Below, in pieces: positions 56,503 through 64,000 of a stretch of 64,000 nucleotides of DNA. Under the pieces are notes generated by a model. The model did no database searches. It saw only the letters and a list, made by a program, of their open reading frames with translations, and was not told the DNA's origin. Within the stretch, counting starts at the first letter, position 1; each line of letters opens with the position of its first letter. This DNA is from Epithemia pelagica. Lineage: Eukaryota > Protista > Bacillariophyta. The stretch spans positions 930,001-994,000 of the forward strand of contig OX337236.1 of assembly GCA_946965045.2 (NCBI GenBank), in the 5' to 3' direction. Both the position numbers and the translations under genes were made by a program.

Positions 56503-59500
56503 ATGGACAATCCCTTCACCGATCCTAATTTAGATGCTCTTAGCGACGCTTCCTCCCTCACTTTGCATTCCAAGTCTGCCCCCAAGACTCCTACTCGATC
56601 CTTACCACCACGGACCATTGCCTGGTCCACACCACCCAGCAAGCATATGGTTGATCGAGGGGAACGTGGATTCCGAGAAGATTTGTCCTGTCTGCTTTTG
56701 GGGCAAGGTACCTGCTATTGGGGCCTTTTGCTTAACCCAGGAGATTGGACTGGAATTTACATTCTTGCTTCAGGATATGAAGCGCTCCGTTCCGACCCCT
56801 TTTGGCGCCTCGTGGGCAAGCAATTCAAGTCCAAGCTTTATCTTGTCCCAAGCATCGACATGGTGCTGGGACGAGGACTCATTTCGGTCGTGTTGATTGA
56901 AGGGGATCCTGATTTTCTTCAAAACCAGTTGGTTTCAGTACCGTCAGATTGGTCCGTCCTTTTCCTCCTTCCTCCTGGATGGACGCGTCCTCCCCTTCCA
57001 AATGTCACGTGGCTCTCCGTCACCCACAAGCAATGCGGAGGTGTCACCACTGCACGGATGAATGTGGGTCGCAAAAACATTGCGTCTATCCACTTCAAGC
57101 TCACCGTCCGACGTACCATCGCCTCTGTTCTCAACCATTCCATTCGGCCTCAACCATGTGGACCAGAGGGACCGGGCGTGAAGTGTTATTCGGACGCCAG
57201 CCTTCTTCATACTCGGGCTGTGTCTCTCCCCGTTCGGGTTCCTACCACCTTCCACAAGACTGGGTGGGGTTACCGACCCCTTACACCGTCGGAAATTGGC
57301 GCGGCCTACGATTTGCCACTGTGGAAAGATCCTACCTCGCCTGGGTTTGACTGGTGGCACTCACAATTGCTCTATCCACGGTTTGTCCCCATCAAGATCC
57401 CTTCCACGGTTCTCACGGCCGCCCTTCCTCACTTGAATCCTGTCCTTATTCATGTAACTTGTGAGCATGCGGGCATCAAGCGAGACCCAACTCCATTGTC
57501 TCCTCTCACTCCGAAACGAGGCCGTTGGACGGCTCTGTCTCCTGAAACGATGCACCAGGGTCGCGTTGGCACCTCCTTTCCCAAGATCGGCGCCTTTCTC
57601 CCCCACTCCGCTTGGTTAGATGAATCGTTGATTGTTGCAAAAGCGACAAAAGCTGACGATGCCGTCACCCCTTACTGGCTATGGGATGAACGCATTCGGG
57701 GTGTCTTTCCGTGGATAACCGCGGCGGCTTTGGAAGGTTTTCGCGTTCTCGCTTGCGTTGGTGGCGCCGAAGCCTTTTTCGAAGCTTCATCCTTTACTTG
57801 CGCTCACGTTTTGGGTCTGATTGGGGGAGTGTCGTTCGTAATTCTCCTCCCTCTCAGGGGGGGGACTCTTTTTCTCCGTCCCAGATCCGGGACGCTGGTT
57901 GTTCCATTCTCGCCCAACTTCTTCCTTCCAGCTGGTGGGACTGGGATCACGGCTCTTCCTTGATCTTCTGGCGTTGGAATGGTGTCGACCAACAACGACA
58001 TGCCTTTTTGGGTCAACCCATACACATCGCTTTGACGCTCCCAACCAATCACCGTCCCCAGCGTTCTCCCGCGGCCGATTCCATTCAACGAGTAGCAGAT
58101 AAACTTTCGAAAGTGATTGGTCGGGGGTACTTTGACCAGAACCTACCAGTAGAAAGCCTTACCGATTTTTTCGATGTTCCCAAAGGCCCAACCGATATAA
58201 GGATGGTATATAATGGGACCAGTTCCGGATTAAACGACGCCCTATGGGCACCAAACTTTTGGCTCCCTACTGCCAAATCATCTCTGCGCCTCCTTACTCC
58301 TGCGTCCTACTGCGGGGATATGGATCTAGGTGAAATGTTCCTCAACTTCCCCATGGATCACACCCTCCGCCCATACGCAGGCGTGGATCTTCGACCTATC
58401 AAGCCCTTTCTCCCTACAGGATTGCTTTCTCCCCCTTCCCTTTTCAAGATCCGATGGAATCGTCTTTTCATGGGGATGCTCCCAAGCCCATACCACGCGG
58501 TAGAACAATTTTATTTAGCCGAAGAGGTAGCTCGAGGCTCACCTTTTGAACCCGACAATCCATGCGGTTTTGATTCCATCTTGTTCAACATCCCCGGCTC
58601 CGCTGACTATGATCCAACGATGCCTTGGGTGATGAAATGGAATTCTAAAACTCAAGCTATCGCCGGAGACGCCGTGACCTACATGGATGACATTAGGTTC
58701 ATTGGCTCTACAGCTGAAAATGCCTGGCAAGTGGCACGACGTCTAGCCTCGAGGCTGCAGCACATGGGCATCCAAGACGCCCCTCGCAAGCGTCGACCCC
58801 CATCTAAATCACCGGGGGCATGGGCCGGGTCAGTTCAACATGTGTCGGAAAATGCAGTCTCAAAAGCCGTAACACAAGAAAAATGGGATAAAGCCCGCAC
58901 AATCATCAAACGATACACGGAGGGATTCCAACATTCTCCCACCCCAGCCTTCTCACACAAACAAATGCAACGCGACGTGGGTTTTCTTGTGCACGTGGCA
59001 ATGACCTTTTCATCCCTCATGCCCTTCCTCAAAGGTTTTTACTTGACCATGAATGCATGGCGTGGCGGAAGAAACAAGGACGGGTGGAAATTGAGCTCAA
59101 AAGAATGGATAGCTCAACTACAACCAAAACTCTCCGATGCCGATGTGGACACTCTATGTGGATTCACGGAAGGCGACGAGCAAGACAGCAACGGAAACCA
59201 CCACGATAATCCTCCCAAGACAGTCCATCCGGTACCCAGGTTGAGAACAGATGTCAAGGCGATCGCGACACTGTTAGGTACCGAAAAACCTCCCATCATT
59301 CACGTGAGGTCCTCCTCCATTTTCGTTGCCATTTATGGAGCAGGAGATGCTTCGGGAGCCGGCTTCGGATCCGCCATACTTCTCCCTCAAAAATCCCTCT
59401 CCTACCGCATTGGAGTTTGGAGAAGCGACACAGTGCACGGGGAATCCTCAAACTGGCGAGAATTCACCAACTGTGTGGAAGCAATGGAAGAAGAGGCAGA

Positions 59501-60419
59501 CAAAGGCAACTTATCAAACACTGAGCTGTTCTTTTTCACAGACAACACCACAGTCAAACGATGCTGCTACAAAGGCTCTTCGTCTAGTGAAAAACTTCTT
59601 GAACTTATCATACGACTGCGAAGATTGGAAATGAAATTTTCTCTTCGCCTTCACATTTCCCATGTCTCCGGCAAGAGAATGATCGCCTGGGGCGTGGACG
59701 GGCTTTCCCGAGGCCAAGTGAATGAGGGAGTGATGGCGGGAAAACCCATGCTCTCCTTTATTCCACTTTACAAGAACCCACTCCAAATGTCTCGTCCCCT
59801 CTTCCACTGGGTCAAGTCATGGTTGGGTCCCAAAGCAGAGCTCCTCAACCCGATCAATTGGTTTACCACGGGCCATGACATCCGAGGTTGGACTTTGCCC
59901 ACCAACGAAAATAAACTGTCCCTGCCCATACTAAGGCCAGGACACTTTATTTGGTCCTCACCACCGGGAGCGGCAGACGTCGCAATTGAGGAATTGAGAA
60001 AGGCACGACACAAAAGACAGAAGTCCACCCACATCTTTTTGTGCCAGCGTCTCATGACCCCCCGGTGGTACAAGCAACTCCACAAGGCTTGCGATTTAGT
60101 TATCGAAATACCCGCAAAAACTCACTTCTGGCCCAAAGAGCATTACGAGCCTCTCATCATCGGTTTCGCTTTTCCTTTTATTAGGTCCCAACCTTGGCAG
60201 CTCCGCGGAACGCCCAAGATGTTCGCAATGGAACGGTCCTTGCGAAAACTGTGGGAAGAGGATGAAATGGCAGGACGGGATCTTCTGCGGAAATTTTGTA
60301 TTCAAGCTTGGAAAATGGGATCCATGTCAAAAAACATGGTGTCCCGAGTGTTATTTTTTGAACAACGAAACGAAATTCTACATAGCGTCCCAAGACTCCC
60401 TAAAAGACGAAGACGATGA
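56503..60419 (+). pseudogene. pol: YR-element pol: methyltransferase-like N-terminal domain, RT and RNase H; -1 frame change near 57750
   Basis: RT: FDVPKGPTDIRMVYNGT, GDMDLGEMFLNF, LFMGMLPSPY, YMDD. RNase H: GDASGAGFG, SSNWRE, FTDN, HVSG...GVDGLSRG. ORF 56503 (FPWITAAALEGFRVL) links to ORF 57711 (LRWWRRSLFRSF) by a one-base shift. Confidence 0.88.
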
Positions 60420-61755
60420 AGATCGGCTCGTGGCCAAAGAATGGAAAGCAAGAACAAAAGACCGATCCAACGATTATCTCTCAGCTTGCAAGGGAGATCA
60501 CTTGCTAACACCATTCGAATGCGACCTCTGTATCTTCCGGAAACTAAGAAACTCCAATCCGGACCCGAAATCTATACAAGACCAATATCTACTCCAAGGC
60601 ATCAGACGAATGAATCTCGATGCCTTTTGGAGTCGTGCATCAAGCACCGTGAAACAAAACCACAACCTTGTCTGCAAAATGATTGAAAAATCTTCCAAGG
60701 TGGGAATTCCCCACGGACCCTTCATCCGTCATCAACCTTTCCCTCCTTATGACCATTGTGGCTATCACATAGCCTATCTCATGCTAGACTTTTCTCTGGA
60801 CGAAGGACGCTACCACAAGGGCCACAAACAGTTCGACTCCATCAGAAAAATTCGTTCAGCATACTCTAACTTCGTCCGGTCAACACCAGCAACCCTGACT
60901 GCTGGCCGATCTCTGACTCTGCTAGACAACAATGGAAAAACTGCAACAAGAATCGGTCAAGACGAAAGCGGGTCTCTTTGGTTTTCGAGATTTGTCGAAG
61001 GATGCAGACGCCGAATGGGACAAGATTGGCGCCCAGACCAAGCAATCACGCCCGACCTTCTCCTACAACTTCTAGAAGAACTCGAACGAAAGATTCTTTC
61101 CTCTACCGACTACAAAAACACCCACTTCTTCATCATGGCAGGAACTTACTTCGCCGTCTCATACGATCTCTCTTTGCGCGGACCAGAAGGTCTCCTTTTA
61201 GACCTTGGAGGAATCCTGGAACACGGAAACTCAATCCAAGACAAGAACGCTATCGTCGTTGCGTTCTGGGGACAATTCAAAGGAGAGCACTCCGAAAGGA
61301 GACATCTTCTCCCTTCAATAAACATCACCTCCAGCGGCATCAAAGTACGACAATGGATTCAAAGAGCTGTTGCCTTATCCGAACAAGCTGGACGATCTAG
61401 AGGCCCTCTCATGCAACACATCACAGGAGACATCATCACCTCTAAGGAGTTGGACGATCTCTTTCATCAACTCCTCCTCGCAGTTTTCACTCATCACCCC
61501 CATCTCTTTCCATCGACATCCATCCAAAGCGAAGAAGATATCCCACTCAAATTCTCCTGCTTTCGGTCCTTCAGACGGGGATCAAACACTCGAGCAAAAG
61601 AGATGGGTATCTCCACACCTGATACCGACATTATCAACCGATGGAGAAGTCGGGAAAAAGCTGGGACAAAAAAGGTAGGAGGGTCCATAGATCAAATGTA
61701 TACTGATCTATCCATGCTGGTTGGACCGTTCCTACGATACACTTCCAAAATGTGA
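60262..61755 (+). CDS. Tyrosine recombinase of the retroelement (overlaps the RNase H end by 158 nt in another frame)
   Basis: Catalytic set LSLRGPEG (R), QFKGE (K), RSFRRG (H/R-x-x-R), INRW (H/W), QMYTD (Y). N-terminal WCPEC and FECDLC Cys pairs. Confidence 0.9.
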   Translation: MKWQDGIFCGNFVFKLGKWDPCQKTWCPECYFLNNETKFYIASQDSLKDEDDEDRLVAKEWKARTKDRSNDYLSACKGDHLLTPFECDLCIFRKLRNSNPDPKSIQDQYLLQGIRRMNLDAFWSRASSTVKQNHNLVCKMIEKSSKVGIPHGPFIRHQPFPPYDHCGYHIAYLMLDFSLDEGRYHKGHKQFDSIRKIRSAYSNFVRSTPATLTAGRSLTLLDNNGKTATRIGQDESGSLWFSRFVEGCRRRMGQDWRPDQAITPDLLLQLLEELERKILSSTDYKNTHFFIMAGTYFAVSYDLSLRGPEGLLLDLGGILEHGNSIQDKNAIVVAFWGQFKGEHSERRHLLPSINITSSGIKVRQWIQRAVALSEQAGRSRGPLMQHITGDIITSKELDDLFHQLLLAVFTHHPHLFPSTSIQSEEDIPLKFSCFRSFRRGSNTRAKEMGISTPDTDIINRWRSREKAGTKKVGGSIDQMYTDLSMLVGPFLRYTSKM

Positions 61756-61784
61756 CACCCAAACAACAAGATTCTCAACAGTAG

Positions 61785-62231
61785 GGGTATTTGGGACCAA
61801 CAGGTTGTTCCGGCGCTGACATGGCAAGGCCCGGGCACCTGCTCCTAGATCATGGTTTCGGTTCAGCGAGAGATGACCGCCTGCATGCTGATGACGACAA
61901 TTGCATGGTGCTACCTGATTGTCCCCATCACATACAATGGAGGAGTCACGGGATTCTCTTACTCGTTCTGGTTCCTGTATCCATGGAAGCGGTTCTCCTC
62001 ACTATCTCACGATAGTGTTGACCTAAAGCGGTGAAGGATACAATCCTTAACCCCCCACATTACGATACAACTATATGTTGTAATCGGTTGACTCTAAATT
62101 CCTTGTTACTTCTTACTCTTACTCTTCTCTCACAGCTCTTTCTCCTTTCCTGAGTTCTCGCAAGGTTATGTGTTCCAAGTGAGGACGAAAGGCTAAGAGG
62201 CTGGAGTATGAGAAGGATTCGACGAGTGCCC
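61785..62231 (+). repeat. Split direct repeat B1 (447 bp)
   Basis: Matches B2 with two substitutions seen (61920 T vs 62902 C; 62092 C vs 63074 A). Confidence 0.95.
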
Positions 62232-62720
62232 TACAAGTACGACCAAGTTATTCTGGGACCAAGGAGCGACGCTCAGACTCTCTCCCTCCCAGCCATCGAA
62301 GATTGTCAGACAAAACAATCACGCGCCGGCCAACCTAGGGAGACAAGCGTGACGATCAATAGAGCCGTTGGAATCGCAGGGCGTTCCATTCGGAACTTAC
62401 TTTTTCAAATCTTCTTCCGACTCTTTTGTCCGTATAAGATCCATCGCATACCAAAAACAACAGTGAACCCTTCACCAGATTGTTACCCTGGTTGTTATGC
62501 TTCAGGAGGCCTTCACAAGCGTCTGACAATCCCGAACTCCAATCCCTTATGTCCTTGCTCTGACGAAGTGCCAGAAATGCCACGGATGCTTTCAAGACCA
62601 ACGTCAGAACTCGAGAAAGAAGAAAGAGCCAAAAGAGCTCACTCTTTGAATTCACTACGTTCGGACGGCAAAGGCCTGATCACCTTTGGCGCCGTTCTAG
62701 AGTTTAGAGAGAGATTTTGG
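62232..62720 (+). repeat. Split direct repeat A2 (489 bp)
   Basis: Directly abuts B1 (…GAGTGCCC|TACAAGTACG…); matches A1. Confidence 0.95.
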
Positions 62721-62766
62721 CGCTCCCACTTCTATCATTTCTTTTCTTTCCCACCCTTCCCGCCCT

Positions 62767-63213
62767 GGGTATTTGGGACCAACAGGTTGTTCCGGCGCTG
62801 ACATGGCAAGGCCCGGGCACCTGCTCCTAGATCATGGTTTCGGTTCAGCGAGAGATGACCGCCTGCATGCTGATGACGACAATTGCATGGTGCTACCTGA
62901 TCGTCCCCATCACATACAATGGAGGAGTCACGGGATTCTCTTACTCGTTCTGGTTCCTGTATCCATGGAAGCGGTTCTCCTCACTATCTCACGATAGTGT
63001 TGACCTAAAGCGGTGAAGGATACAATCCTTAACCCCCCACATTACGATACAACTATATGTTGTAATCGGTTGAATCTAAATTCCTTGTTACTTCTTACTC
63101 TTACTCTTCTCTCACAGCTCTTTCTCCTTTCCTGAGTTCTCGCAAGGTTATGTGTTCCAAGTGAGGACGAAAGGCTAAGAGGCTGGAGTATGAGAAGGAT
63201 TCGACGAGTGCCC
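62767..63213 (+). repeat. Split direct repeat B2 (447 bp)
   Basis: Ends …GACGAGTGCCC then host sequence GGATGT. Confidence 0.95.
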
Positions 63214-64000
63214 GGATGTAATCGATCATGACTACTCCTATCAAAAACTATGCGGGCTATGCCTCTTGCTACTAGAGAGAATAGGAGGGCATAGCTCTGC
63301 TCGTGGTGATATTGTACTCCTAGCGACCATGACCATGAACGGTAGATCGACGATTTTACCTACTCCTGCTCATACATACTCGTAGTAGGATTGATCATAG
63401 ATTTGGTGCCAGATTATTATTCCGCGTTCCGCGTGGCCATCTCCGAGGCAGAAGATTGCTCCTTTGGTCATGCTGATCGACGATTGTAATCGACTAGGAG
63501 TACGTATAGACCCACTTTCACTTTCCATGCCAATCCCAGACTGGTACTACGCGTACATTTTTTGTCCATGACTAATGACTGCCTTTTTTGTGCTTTTGCG
63601 CTTGCGCCTCTTCATCGTCCATTGTCCATTGTCTCTCGACTCTCGACATGAACAGTTCGAGTTGGCGTGCTCGAGACCATGAGCTTGGAACGGAAACCCA
63701 AGACGCCGGCATAATCCAGTGTTACGGGTTCTCAGTCGACCAACGGACATCCAGTCATGGATGTTGGCATTTGGGGCATATTAAGGTACTCGTATTTACT
63801 CGTATTCTACCTGATAGTTTCTGTCCGCGCGTCCTCTGTCGGCGCATTCCCACCTTGGACGTTGAGAGTCGAACGCCGAACCCCACGCACTCGCAACTCG
63901 CATCCATATCCATGATGATTTAGTTGTTCTTATGGCTCAAATTATACAAGACCAAAGCGGTCCACTCAAATTAAAAAGAATAGAAGACTCGTACCACTAC

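Larger units (their letters stand above)
53484..63213 (+). mobile_element. Complete tyrosine-recombinase (DIRS order; Ngaro/PAT/TOC1-type) retrotransposon with split direct repeats, about 9.7 kb
   Basis: A1 53484-53971, ORF1, pol, YR, B1 61785-62231, A2 62232-62720, 46-bp spacer, B2 62767-63213. RT, RNase H and YR motifs present. GCCC at both host junctions. Confidence 0.95.

Noticed and set aside
57730-57760. Programmed -1 ribosomal frameshift between the MTase-like domain and RT
   Set aside because: No in-frame X XXY YYZ heptamer (codons GAA GGT TTT CGC). A one-base deletion is the simpler reading, though sister copies are needed to decide.
61785-63213. B-A-B repeat array as an assembly duplication artefact
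   Set aside because: B1 and B2 differ at two positions, a unique 46-bp spacer separates A2 and B2, and the order matches the known split-direct-repeat design.
63547-63923. Short ORFs at the right edge
   Set aside because: No recognisable motifs or splice pattern that could be supported.

Overview
Eukaryotic nuclear DNA, most likely a diatom. This is inferred from signal peptide + A-F plastid-targeting motifs, short GT-AG introns, a nuclear-encoded plastid bL17 and a CoDi-like copia element. About 17 intact host genes are present, including a 2OG-Fe(II) oxygenase, histidine phosphatase, SAM methyltransferase, plastid bL17, HPPK-DHPS, scramblase, ABA4-like, peroxisomal enoyl-CoA isomerase, WW-FYVE-ARM protein, TcdA, polyprenyl synthase and RRP45. 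They are interleaved with at least five transposable elements whose ends can be read from the sequence. (1) A 6.8 kb Ty1/copia element (6424-13234, TTTTA TSD) whose gag carries an RNase H1 hybrid-binding-like domain. (2) A 1.8 kb non-autonomous Mutator-like element (15220-17030, 10-bp TSD) splitting a duplicated methyltransferase. (3) A 114-bp MITE of the same family (37654-37767). (4) A 3.1 kb two-gene PIF/Harbinger-clade transposon with an unusual CTG TSD (26385-29476). (5) A complete 9.7 kb tyrosine-recombinase retrotransposon with split direct repeats A1-ORFs-B1-A2-B2 (53484-63213), sitting 15 nt upstream of RRP45. The strongest novelty candidate is the YR element. The domain upstream of its RT resembles a catalytically degenerate C5-cytosine DNA methyltransferase, both junctions share a GCCC crossover core, and the A2-B2 spacer holds a canonical G-quadruplex/polypurine tract. 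No rRNA, tRNA or CRISPR array was seen. All family calls are by motif recognition; no database search was run.
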